The notes under the pieces were generated by a model, which saw only the letters and a program-made list of their open reading frames with translations, was not told the DNA's origin and searched no databases. From Desulfurococcales archaeon (GTDB lineage: Archaea > Thermoproteota > Thermoprotei_A > Sulfolobales > NBVN01), in contig JAMOOZ010000064.1 of NCBI GenBank assembly GCA_027064885.1, positions 1-55,488 of the forward strand: a DNA stretch of 55,488 nucleotides. Reading direction: 5' to 3'. Shown here piece by piece: positions 26,882 through 35,507 of this stretch. Each line of letters opens with the position of its first letter. Position 1 is the stretch's first letter. The translations under genes and the position numbers were made by a program.

Positions 26882-28043
26882 GCTGTTTCTCTACGAAACC
26901 CTCTATCACATCTTCAACATGTGTCAGTAACCATAAAACAGCCCTGGCATCCGCTCCTGTAACAGCGTCTATCAGTGCGTACTTGACAACTTTCTTTTCC
27001 CCGTTGCACTCTATTAGACCTACATAGAACGGGTAGTATATTACGTGAATGGCTGAGATTTTTCTCGCAAAAGACTCTATGAACGATATTAGTCCATCTA
27101 TGCTTATTCTGGGAAATATCACTAACTCATTACTGGATACAGGAGGTTCTCCTTCATGCGGGTGAACTCCTCGTGTTTCTAATGACCTTAAAATGGAGAA
27201 AGAGCTCTCCGCTATCGTCTTGCGTATTTCTATGATATCAGAGTACACGTCCACTAGAGCTTTGTTCAGCAGGAAATTAGCCACAGACTTTATCTTACCC
27301 TCACCTAGCTTTAACTCCATTGCTAATTCGCTAATGGTTTTGTATCCATCTCTCGTTAAGATCCTGATTATGTCTAAGGCAGCATCACTTAGCTCAGCAA
27401 ACCCCCCTCTATCCTTTAAGGGTTTCAGCGTGTCTCCTTCCTCAATAACTATGGAGCCTCGTATACCTTCGAAGGTGAGGGACAATTCTTCGACTTCCCC
27501 TGAGCCTTCCTCCTCAGGCCCCCTAATTATAGCTTCTAGCTCAAATTCTATGAAGGGTAAGTAAATTATGAAATAGTGTTTTAGGACGCCGATGCGCTTC
27601 AGGAAGCCTTTCTCATACTTCTTTAATGACTTGATGGCGTTTCCTTCATTTACAACTGGGTGAACATGGAGTACATCATACTTTCCTAGTTCTTCCTTAT
27701 ACTTCACCTCTATATCTCTACCTACGCGAACAATATCTATGCCTAGCTTTTTAGCTAATTCATAAGCTTCCACGCTTACATCCCTCAGCGCTATTATAAC
27801 AACTTTATCGAATTTTCCTTCCTGTCTCCATACGCTAAATCTCTCGACGTCCTCTGGTCTTAAAGGCGTATCCGCAATGATGAATGCTATTTTCAATTCA
27901 ACCCCGGTTACTGGTGAAAGTACCGCTAGCACATCAACTTTATGTGTTATACCAGCAACTTCTATTAGGTAATCAGGCCATACCATGAATCCCTGTTTCT
28001 TAAGTTCCCTTATTAGCCAGCGCATAGCTCTTTTCTTCTCCAA
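26853..28043 (-). CDS. Hypothetical 396-aa protein: N-terminal restriction-endonuclease-like module plus an internal winged HTH
   Basis: The N-terminus (WLIRELKKQGF...HKVDVLAV...KIAFIIAD) resembles PD-(D/E)xK/Mrr-like folds. The segment LDIIRILTRDGYKTISELAMELKLGEGKIKSVANFLLNKALV looks like a wHTH. There are two similar hydrophobic modules, HYFIIYLPFIEFELE and IHVIYYPFYVGLIE. Confidence 0.5.
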   Translation of the reverse strand: MEKKRAMRWLIRELKKQGFMVWPDYLIEVAGITHKVDVLAVLSPVTGVELKIAFIIADTPLRPEDVERFSVWRQEGKFDKVVIIALRDVSVEAYELAKKLGIDIVRVGRDIEVKYKEELGKYDVLHVHPVVNEGNAIKSLKKYEKGFLKRIGVLKHYFIIYLPFIEFELEAIIRGPEEEGSGEVEELSLTFEGIRGSIVIEEGDTLKPLKDRGGFAELSDAALDIIRILTRDGYKTISELAMELKLGEGKIKSVANFLLNKALVDVYSDIIEIRKTIAESSFSILRSLETRGVHPHEGEPPVSSNELVIFPRISIDGLISFIESFARKISAIHVIYYPFYVGLIECNGEKKVVKYALIDAVTGADARAVLWLLTHVEDVIEGFVEKQLTESKEEGR

Positions 28044-28170
28044 TATAGTGTCGCTTCTTTGTGTAGTTAATAGTTGAGTGTCCGTCCCTTCCCCACCACT
28101 TGAGTGTTATCACGAGGTTTTTAAAATTGACAATAACTGAAGCTGATGTTCTCTTTAATGAGTTTTTAAA

Positions 28171-29349
28171 TTAACCTTTCCTGTAGACTATTGAGATTAA
28201 TATAGGAACTGTTAGCGACGATATTGGTATTAACAATATCAAAGCTAGGTAGGATTCGGGTGAAAGAATCCCGGCTTCCTTCGCGGCTAATGCCGTTGTC
28301 ATCATTACCTCTGCCCTCGGAATCATTCCCAAGCCTATTATCAGGGCTTCCTTCTTACTAAACCCACTCGCTACCGCTGGTATAAAACATCCTACAAGCT
28401 TTGTTAAGAACCCTAACACAATGATCGCTAGAATAACAAATAATGACCTGCCGAAACCTACGTTTGATAAAGCTGCTATATCAAGCATGGCTCCGGCATT
28501 TATGAAAAACAATGGCGAGAAGAGCGTTACGAGCGGGTATATCATGAGCCTAGCCTTGTTTGCCATATACTTAAATGAGGACAATCCTAGCCCAAAAGCG
28601 TAAGCTAAGAGAATAGCGCTGAGTCTTAGCTGAACCGCTACGAATGAAAGAAGTAACAATATGGCAAACGTCAGTGTTAGTGCAGGGGCCTCCTCACCGA
28701 GCCTTGAGAACCATTTGTACATGGGATGAGCTATCTTCTGAGTTGTGAAGGCCACTGCAAACCAAAAAGCAAACGCTAACACTATTATCTCTATTACGGA
28801 GATCAATACATTCGTTTCTGATTTAAGTTCTGTTAGTCCTACCAACGTGCTTAGCAATGCTAATCCCAGCACATCATCAACAACCGCAGCTCCTAGTACA
28901 GCCTGTCCTTCCCTGCTCCTAACCCTCCCAAATTCTTCCAGAGTCCTAACCGTTAATGTAACAGAGGTTGCAGAAAGAGCTGCACCAACAGCAAAAGCCT
29001 CAAATATACTGACGCCCAGCAATGGGAGAATGAGTAGTGGCAGAACTAATGAAGCAATAACTCCCCCCACAGCTATCAATCCAGCGCTTCGTAAACCTCT
29101 AAGAAAACCCCTTAATGAGCCCTCTAAGCCTATATAGAACAGGTAAGTTATTATTCCCAGTACACCCAGCGACACCGTGACCGTAGACAGCTCATAATGC
29201 ATTAATGGGAGAGCTAATCCTATCATTACCCATGCAAATACCTTAGGTTGCTTCAGCTTCTCAACAATAAATTCAAGCAACCTGGCAACAATTAATAGAA
29301 TTGCTACTTCCACGAGCCAGTTGTAGAGATGCTCCAAGGCCCCCCTCAC
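28171..29349 (-). CDS. CPA2-family monovalent cation:proton antiporter (Kef/NapA-like membrane domain)
   Basis: 392 aa and polytopic, with a typical Na+/H+ exchanger helix pattern and no soluble domain. Confidence 0.75.
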   Translation of the reverse strand: MRGALEHLYNWLVEVAILLIVARLLEFIVEKLKQPKVFAWVMIGLALPLMHYELSTVTVSLGVLGIITYLFYIGLEGSLRGFLRGLRSAGLIAVGGVIASLVLPLLILPLLGVSIFEAFAVGAALSATSVTLTVRTLEEFGRVRSREGQAVLGAAVVDDVLGLALLSTLVGLTELKSETNVLISVIEIIVLAFAFWFAVAFTTQKIAHPMYKWFSRLGEEAPALTLTFAILLLLSFVAVQLRLSAILLAYAFGLGLSSFKYMANKARLMIYPLVTLFSPLFFINAGAMLDIAALSNVGFGRSLFVILAIIVLGFLTKLVGCFIPAVASGFSKKEALIIGLGMIPRAEVMMTTALAAKEAGILSPESYLALILLIPISSLTVPILISIVYRKG

Positions 29350-29891
29350 TACTAGAGAGTATTGACGGATGGAATTAAAGATTTATTTGCCCGTCTTAGA
29401 TGTTGTCGTTATCGATCGAATTCCTCAGTAGCATTATCGTCAATACTGCTTGAAGGATTCCATGCCGTGCTAGACATCATTATTATAGTTCAGGCAGGAT
29501 CTTAGGTAACGTACCTGCAGTTCTGCTTATTAGAGGCCGAAGGGGCCAGTTATATTGCACTGATATCACACTGTATGAGAAGTAATCAGCATTATAGCGT
29601 ATAACATTGGTGAAATCGCCTATCCGCTCTTACTATAGCATAGGATAGTAATACCGATGGAAGACAAATAAATTAATGAAAGTCAACGACCTATTGAAGG
29701 ATTTCCGTTTTTAAGTTAGAGAAACTTCGGGAACCGACTTACGAGGAACCTCGAGCTGGGTTAAGGTAGCTGAGGAAGTCATAAGCGAAGAGAAAGCCAT
29801 AGAAATACTAAGCTGTTATTGGGAAGGTGCGTTAATACATAAGAATTTGTACTATTACCTCACAGCATTAAAGTAAGCTATGAAGTGATTA

Positions 29892-30055
29892 GTGGTGGGC
29901 AGTAATGGCCGGGTCATCGTGACATTCAAGACCCCCTGCTCGAAAAGTTAGACAGGTACGCTATTGTTGAGAGGTTGAGTAGGTCGGAAGTCATACAGCA
30001 AGCAATAGTGGAATACTTAGCTTGTCACGAAGCCCTGACCGCTCCAAGAATATAG
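29892..30055 (+). pseudogene. Ribbon-helix-helix (CopG-like) gene interrupted by a 1-nt frame change in a C5 run
   Basis: Frame 1 reads VVGSNGRVIVTFKTP up to 29932-29936 (CCCCC). Another frame continues LLEKLDRYAIVERLSRSEVIQQAIVEYLACHEALTAPRI* and ends at 30055. Confidence 0.6.
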
Positions 30056-30075
30056 GTTAAGCGAGTGGTGCTCAC

Positions 30076-30702
30076 ATGATTGATAAGGCCACTGTCAACG
30101 CGTGGTTACTTAAGGCCGCGCAGAAGTTCAGCGTTAAACTGTTCAATAGGGACACCATCACGGTCACTGAAGTAACCTTCCCGTGTTTGAGGAAAGCTTA
30201 CTTCGACAGCACTCGGAGGAGGTTACCGACTCCCGTCGAGGCCTTGAAGATTCTGTGAACCGAGAGCTCCACGCACCCCTTCAGGGCGCCATGTATGAGA
30301 AGGAGTAGGAAGCAGAGGTAAGCACAGCTATGAAGTCAGGGGCCTTAGGTTAGTGGGTAGGACCGATAAGTGCGATAGTGAGAGGCGGACTCTCGGAGTG
30401 ATTGAGATTTAAACGTCTAACGCAGTTGGGTTGAAGGGCCAAGCCCTAGAATCGTATACCATGCAACTTCAAGCATACTTAACTATCCTTTATGCTAAGC
30501 GCGGGTATATTATTTACTACATTGATAGGGCGTCAGACAGAGTGAAGGTGTTCAAGGTCAAACCGGACAAGCGTGCTCTTAGAACTGTGATTGAACGTGC
30601 TAAGGTCCCCACGAGGCCCTAGTTAAGCACAGGGCCCCACCGCCTAAGAGGGGTGCGTGGTGTGGGTTATGTCCCCGCAAATGGTCATGCTGGGGAAAGT
30701 AG
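30076..30702 (+). pseudogene. Cas4/RecB-like PD-(D/E)xK nuclease, decayed
   Basis: The motifs occur in order but across three frames: VTEVTFPCLRKAYF; GRELHAPLQ; LVGRTDKCD...VIEI*TS, with a TAA at 30410-30412 where the ExK Lys is expected; MQLQAYL...GYIIYY; and the C-terminal WCGLCPRKWSC (CxxCx5C) ending at 30702. Confidence 0.7.
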
Positions 30703-30724
30703 TTATTAGTGAAGGTAGAGAAGC

Positions 30725-31096
30725 ATGCGGGTAAAGCAGGTTAACTACAGGGGAGTCAACTTGACTATCGTAGTTAAGCGCGTGAAGGGCAAGCTCTACG
30801 TCTACGACGAATTCAGGGATAAGGCTACAGGTAAAGTCAAGACATACTACATAGGACCTCTAGAGGAGATGGTGAGGGTCTACCAAATCGTAAAGCAAGG
30901 CAATTACGTGAAGCTAACGAGAAGAGAGTTAACTACACTCGCCCGAAAGATAGTTGAGTACTACGTGAAGAAACACGCTGTAGTTAACTCAGGCGAGAAG
31001 TGGCGCCGGGGGCGGGATTTGAACCCGCGCGGGGGTGTACCCCACCGGCTTAGCAGGCCGGCGCCCTACCGGGCTAGGCGACCCCGGCTCCGTTAG
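30725..31096 (+). pseudogene. SSV-type integrase N-terminal fragment Int(N) running through tRNA-Ser
   Basis: KRVKGKLYVYDEFRDKATGKVKTYYIGPLEEMVRVY parallels the SSV1 Int N-terminus (KGRYYVYKLE...RYVGPLADVVESY). The last 32 codons (WRRGRDLNPRGG...) are the antisense translation of the tRNA. There is no catalytic C-terminal part. Confidence 0.7.
31001..31088 (-). tRNA. tRNA-Ser (anticodon GCU), no intron, CCA encoded
   Basis: Reverse complement GCCGGGGTCGCCTAGCCCGGTAGGGCGCCGGCCTGCTAAGCCGGTGGGGTACACCCCCGCGCGGGTTCAAATCCCGCCCCCGGCGCCA. It has a long variable arm and anticodon loop CTGCTAA. Confidence 0.85.
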
Positions 31097-31100
31097 GTTC

Positions 31101-31343
31101 TTACTTGAGCGGGGTTATAAGTGTTGTCAGTGTTTGAGTTATGGTTATTTCGAGTCCTTCGTCTAGTGCTTCTAGTTTTATTGCTTTTTGCGGGCATATT
31201 GCCTCGCAGCCACGACAGTATATGCAGCTCTCCTCATTTACTGTTAGTTTCTTGTTTACTATTTGGAAGACGTTCGTTGGGCAGGTCTCTACGCATAGAC
31301 CGCATAGGTTACAATTACTGCTTACCTTGATCTCTACCTTCAT
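31101..31343 (-). CDS. 2x[4Fe-4S] ferredoxin
   Basis: CNLCGLCVETCP and CIYCRGCEAICP motifs; 80 aa. The start overlaps the upstream KaiC-like gene by 29 nt. Confidence 0.85.
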   Translation of the reverse strand: MKVEIKVSSNCNLCGLCVETCPTNVFQIVNKKLTVNEESCIYCRGCEAICPQKAIKLEALDEGLEITITQTLTTLITPLK

Positions 31344-32130
31344 GCTTCGCTTCCTCTCCCATTATCGCTGCCTTGTATGCTTCGGCCTCTTTCAGCCTCT
31401 GCCTGACTAAGGCCGCAAGTTTCGCTGGGTCAACCGCATGGACTCCGTCATCTATTATCGCGTATGGTACCCATAGTGGATTGGTTGGTAGTCCCCTCAT
31501 TTTCCTGGCCATGAGTTGTTTTAGCGGTATGCCTAGCTCTATTAGGTTTGGCTCCATGCGCGTTGCTATGACACCGTCGACAAGGTATTCTAGGTGTGCT
31601 GCGAGCTCCTCTAACACTGTGGTGTTTGTGTGTAGTATCATTACTATCGTGGCTCCCTTACCTTTAGATATTATTGCCCGCATTGACTTGATGAACTCCA
31701 GCACCTGCATCATCTCGAAGCGGAACATCAGCTCGTTTATCGAGTCTATTACCATAAGGCTAACAATATCATCATTAGCTGGTGGAACCTCCTCATGCAG
31801 GGCGTAAAGCATACTGTTTAGGTCGTCGAGGCGTTGCTCTCTCACAACACCCTTCACCGCCCTCTTCAACTTACCTAATCTAAAGCTGAAGCAGTCAATT
31901 ATCTTGAACTTACCCTCATCAATGAACTTATCTAACTCCCACCCGAAGTTCGTGAAGAGTTCTACTAGAGCATCAGGGGAATCGTCAAGGTTAACATAGG
32001 TTACGTAACCACCTCCTTTCAGGACGTTCCATGCTATGTGCGCAGCCAGAACCGACTTACCCGTTCCCGGCGCCCCCGTGAGAGCTACTGTAGCGCTTTT
32101 GGGGAAGCCTGCAGGTAACGCGTAATCCAA
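31315..32130 (-). CDS. Single-domain KaiC-like RecA-superfamily ATPase
   Basis: Walker A LTGAPGTGKSVLA and Walker B LMVIDSI. The conserved N-terminal KTGIEPLD motif lies upstream of the TTG at 32130, in an open frame reaching 32163. Confidence 0.8.
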   Translation of the reverse strand: MDYALPAGFPKSATVALTGAPGTGKSVLAAHIAWNVLKGGGYVTYVNLDDSPDALVELFTNFGWELDKFIDEGKFKIIDCFSFRLGKLKRAVKGVVREQRLDDLNSMLYALHEEVPPANDDIVSLMVIDSINELMFRFEMMQVLEFIKSMRAIISKGKGATIVMILHTNTTVLEELAAHLEYLVDGVIATRMEPNLIELGIPLKQLMARKMRGLPTNPLWVPYAIIDDGVHAVDPAKLAALVRQRLKEAEAYKAAIMGEEAKHEGRDQGKQ

Positions 32131-32303
32131 GGGCTCGATACCTGTCTTGAATGCCTTAATGATTCACCACCCTCCAGAAAGTATTTCTCACGTAAACTAA
32201 CTTAACTACGTAAAATAAAACACTGACTTCCAAGAACTGGTTAAAGGCACCATCCAATGAATTATTAATAGGTTCCCTAAGTTAGGTTAGTGGTGCCGTC
32301 ATC

Positions 32304-32705
32304 TTGGGTAAGGTAATAGCGCTTAAAGTGCCGGGCGGTGCTGATCCAATAGAGTTCCTTCAGAAGAAGATAAAGGATCTAGGACTTAAGCAGGGCTCCA
32401 TAACCGGCGTGGGAGGCTTTAAGTGGGTTGACGTCGGCGTGCTACGCAGGGAAGGGGGATACGACATAAAGCGCATAGAGGCCTCCGAGAAATACTTCGT
32501 TGAGGTAGCTCCAGTCGTAGGTAACTACGTCACGCTACCCAACGGTGAGGTTTCGGTACACCTACACGTTACCGTAGGTAGGGAGCATGGTATCACATGG
32601 TGTGGCCACTTAATTAGGGCTGAGACATGGCCCTTCCTCGAACTTTTCCTATACGAAGCTGATAACGAAGTATTAGCGGAATTCCCTCACCGCAAGGGTA
32701 GATAA
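32304..32705 (+). CDS. PPC/DUF296 domain protein
   Basis: 133 aa. The pattern (GSITGVGGF ... VHLHVTVG ... GHL) is typical of the PCC/DUF296 fold. Confidence 0.6.
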   Translation: MGKVIALKVPGGADPIEFLQKKIKDLGLKQGSITGVGGFKWVDVGVLRREGGYDIKRIEASEKYFVEVAPVVGNYVTLPNGEVSVHLHVTVGREHGITWCGHLIRAETWPFLELFLYEADNEVLAEFPHRKGR

Positions 32706-32708
32706 GCA

Positions 32709-34073
32709 ATGGCTGACAAGCACTTCAAAGTATGCGTGGTTGGAGGCGGACTGGCAGGACTATCCGTAGCTAAGTACCTACTGGAGCTGGGACTGAAGGA
32801 TGTAATAGTGCTTGAAGCAAGCGAGCGAGTTGGAGGACTACTTAAGTCGGAGGACGTGAGTGGGTACGTGTTCGACACGGGTGGTTCACACATAATGTTC
32901 AGCAAGAACCCTAAAGTCATGGCAGAAATGACTACCTTACTTAACGGTAACGTGATCTACCATAGACGCAACACCAAAATATACTACAAAGGCAGGTTCG
33001 TTAAGTACCCATTCGAGAACGGACTCAAGGACCTCCCACCAGAGGAAAGGTATGAATGCTTGAAGGGAGTGCTAGACGCCTATATCGCGAGACTAACTGG
33101 AAGGGCCAGGGAACCACGCAACTTCCTTGAATGGATAAAATACGTGTTTGGGGACGCAATTGCCTCTAAGTACCTGATACCATACAATGAGAAGATCTGG
33201 AAAACAAACCTAGATGAGATCTCCCTAGACTGGGTCGGTGGACGAGTGCCAAACCCTCCACTGGACGACGTCATTAAGGCCGCGGTAGGGCTAGACGTAG
33301 AAGGGTATAAGCACCAGTTAAACTTCTGCTATCCGCGCGAAGGCGGCGTAGAGGCCCTAGCAAAGTCACTGGCTCGGTTGCTTGGGATGAACGGGGCTGT
33401 GGTGAGGGTCAACGCACCAGTAACCTCTGTGGAGCGCTTACCGCATAACAACCTAATCGAGGTGCGTTCGGAGGAATTTGCAGTTAAATGTAAGTGCGTG
33501 GTGTATACGTCCCCACTAAACAGGTCACACAAGATACTGGAACCCATACTTCATGAGAAGGCAGTGCTTCTTAATGAGTTAAGGACCGTGTCTCTCGCAG
33601 TAGTTGGCGTAGGTGCTAGGGAACCTACACCACCATACCACTGGATATATTTCCCAGAGACCAACGTTCCATTCCATAGAGTAGGGATACTAAGTAATTA
33701 CTCACCAGCCAATGCACCTACAGGTGGGACAGCATTAATAGCCGAGGTATCATTCAAAGAAGACTCAACACCGCCTAAAACACGGATCGAGCGAGAGGTC
33801 CTAGAAGGGCTTGAGAGCGCTGGGCTCCTGAAGCTCAGTAACGTTGAAGTCACTGAAACTTGGTTCTGGAGAGACGCCTATGTATTATACGACGACAGGC
33901 GCAGAAACGTATTATCTGAAATCCTTCCACTACTCAGAGAGGCAGGAATCTTCCCTCATGGACGCTTCGGATCTTGGGAATACCTTAACATGGATGCCGT
34001 TCTACTGAAGTCCAGGAAGCTTGCTAGGGACATTATTTCGTACCTCAATCACTCGACCCGACACCACCACTAG
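32709..34073 (+). CDS. FAD-dependent oxidoreductase (amine oxidase / UDP-galactopyranose mutase-like)
   Basis: Dinucleotide fold VCVVGGGLAGLSVA...VLEASERVGG, and a C-terminal GRFGSWEYLNMD motif. Confidence 0.7.
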   Translation: MADKHFKVCVVGGGLAGLSVAKYLLELGLKDVIVLEASERVGGLLKSEDVSGYVFDTGGSHIMFSKNPKVMAEMTTLLNGNVIYHRRNTKIYYKGRFVKYPFENGLKDLPPEERYECLKGVLDAYIARLTGRAREPRNFLEWIKYVFGDAIASKYLIPYNEKIWKTNLDEISLDWVGGRVPNPPLDDVIKAAVGLDVEGYKHQLNFCYPREGGVEALAKSLARLLGMNGAVVRVNAPVTSVERLPHNNLIEVRSEEFAVKCKCVVYTSPLNRSHKILEPILHEKAVLLNELRTVSLAVVGVGAREPTPPYHWIYFPETNVPFHRVGILSNYSPANAPTGGTALIAEVSFKEDSTPPKTRIEREVLEGLESAGLLKLSNVEVTETWFWRDAYVLYDDRRRNVLSEILPLLREAGIFPHGRFGSWEYLNMDAVLLKSRKLARDIISYLNHSTRHHH

Positions 34074-35507
34074 TTTCGGGCGAGTAGCCGCTACATCGTA
34101 GGGCGCTATACTACCTATGTCATGATCCAGAACCACCAAGTTAGCCCTGCAACCTATACGTATGGTTGTGCCACCGAAGGAGGGATCACGTAGGTACATG
34201 TGCACTGCATCCTCTAGGTTCAGGGCCTCCATGCGCGTGACATACTGTAACATTCCTCGAGTGCAAACACATGAAATACCTAGATACGGATTTAGGGGCT
34301 CTACGGGGTAGTCGCTACTTCCGTGGAGAGTTAACCCTGAACCAGTGAGTGTCTTGAAAGCATATAACCATCTCACCCTACTACCTAACCGACTCTCTGC
34401 CCACCAATCACTGACCAGGAAATGCGGCTGAACCACGACATCCCTAACAGTATTCGAGAGGCCATTAACTATGTCGGGTGGCGTAAGGGAAGCATGCTCA
34501 ATCCTCACAGTCCTTCCGGGTTTAACCCGCTCGGCAAACTTGATGACTTCCTCAAGCGCGCCGTCACCGATTGCATGGACCGCTAACTTCAGCCCCATGC
34601 CGCGGGCAAGTCTCCACACCTCCTCAAGTAACTTAGAGTTCATCAGTAACTTGCCCTTGCTGTCAGAGTCGCTGTACTTCTCCCTTAGGTAGGCGGTCCT
34701 TCCGCCAAGCGAACCATCCGCGAACACCTTTACTCCCACCACTAACTTATCTTCCTGCAAGGTGGGGTGACGCTTAGTATCTTCAAGGCTCACGTAAGTA
34801 GCTACGTTGATCCCATCAACATGCTGAATAGCTTCCTTTAATATGGTTAGTATTTCGTTGGTTACGCTCATGAAGTTTAAGTACAGCACACCGTAGTCCC
34901 TATACGTTCTCAGAAGGCCAATTACTTCCTCCACAGCTTCCTTACGGGAAGGCTTGGGCAGTAAATTCCTGAGCATCGAAACACCCTCCTCAACAACAAC
35001 GCCTGTGGGCCTGCCGTCCTCAAATTCCAGGTAATTACGTAGCTTGTCTAGTATGTTAGAGGATTGAGCTAGCTTTAGGAGGGCCGTGTTAGCTACTGCA
35101 ACATGTCCGCAGACGCGTATGATCAGCGTGGGCACAGGTCCCGTTGCTTGATCTAGGTCCTCAGCTCTAGGCATCCTGCGCTCTATGAAGTACTCGTGAT
35201 CCCATCCCCTTCCCACTATGTAAGGCGGGTGGTGCCTAGCGATAAAAGACGCTATTCTGTTATGCAACTCGCCTATACTATGAATTCCTCTAAGGTTAAC
35301 CCCACACTTACCCTCGACAAATACATGTGCATGGGACTCGTGGAGAGCTGGCAGAACTGTTGCCCCACCCACGTCAATCCTCTTAACGCCAGCGAGTATG
35401 GATGTTAGTGAGTGCTCCCATCCAATTTTCTCTATCACGCCATTGGAGTTAATTACTACAGTATCAGCTTCGACGTCCCAGAGACGTGCGTTAACTAGTG
35501 CGTACAT
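34002..35507 (-). CDS. Metal-dependent amidohydrolase (amidohydrolase-3-like TIM barrel)
   Basis: LPALHESHAHV near the N-terminus, AVHAIGD, and IEHASL. 501 aa. Confidence 0.75.
   Translation of the reverse strand: MYALVNARLWDVEADTVVINSNGVIEKIGWEHSLTSILAGVKRIDVGGATVLPALHESHAHVFVEGKCGVNLRGIHSIGELHNRIASFIARHHPPYIVGRGWDHEYFIERRMPRAEDLDQATGPVPTLIIRVCGHVAVANTALLKLAQSSNILDKLRNYLEFEDGRPTGVVVEEGVSMLRNLLPKPSRKEAVEEVIGLLRTYRDYGVLYLNFMSVTNEILTILKEAIQHVDGINVATYVSLEDTKRHPTLQEDKLVVGVKVFADGSLGGRTAYLREKYSDSDSKGKLLMNSKLLEEVWRLARGMGLKLAVHAIGDGALEEVIKFAERVKPGRTVRIEHASLTPPDIVNGLSNTVRDVVVQPHFLVSDWWAESRLGSRVRWLYAFKTLTGSGLTLHGSSDYPVEPLNPYLGISCVCTRGMLQYVTRMEALNLEDAVHMYLRDPSFGGTTIRIGCRANLVVLDHDIGSIAPYDVAATRPKLVVVSGRVIEVRNNVPSKLPGLQ

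Larger units (their letters stand above)
29892..31000 (+). mobile_element. Decayed integrated element (SSV/pRN-like) abutting the 3' end of tRNA-Ser
   Basis: It holds a broken RHH gene, a broken Cas4-like nuclease gene, and an Int(N) fragment reading into the tRNA. The 29350-29890 stretch to the left is non-coding. Confidence 0.6.

Noticed and set aside
29423-29483. Possible C/D box sRNA on the minus strand (ATGATGT ... TGACGA ... CTGA).
   Set aside because: The C box is imperfect and there is no D' box. The C'-to-D spacing is only 9 nt, and there is no terminal stem.
29350-29890. Searched for attL (a partial tRNA-Ser copy) and Int(C) to the left of the integration scar.
   Set aside because: I found no GGGATTTGAACCCGCG-like repeat and no integrase-like ORF, so the element's left boundary cannot be defined from this window.
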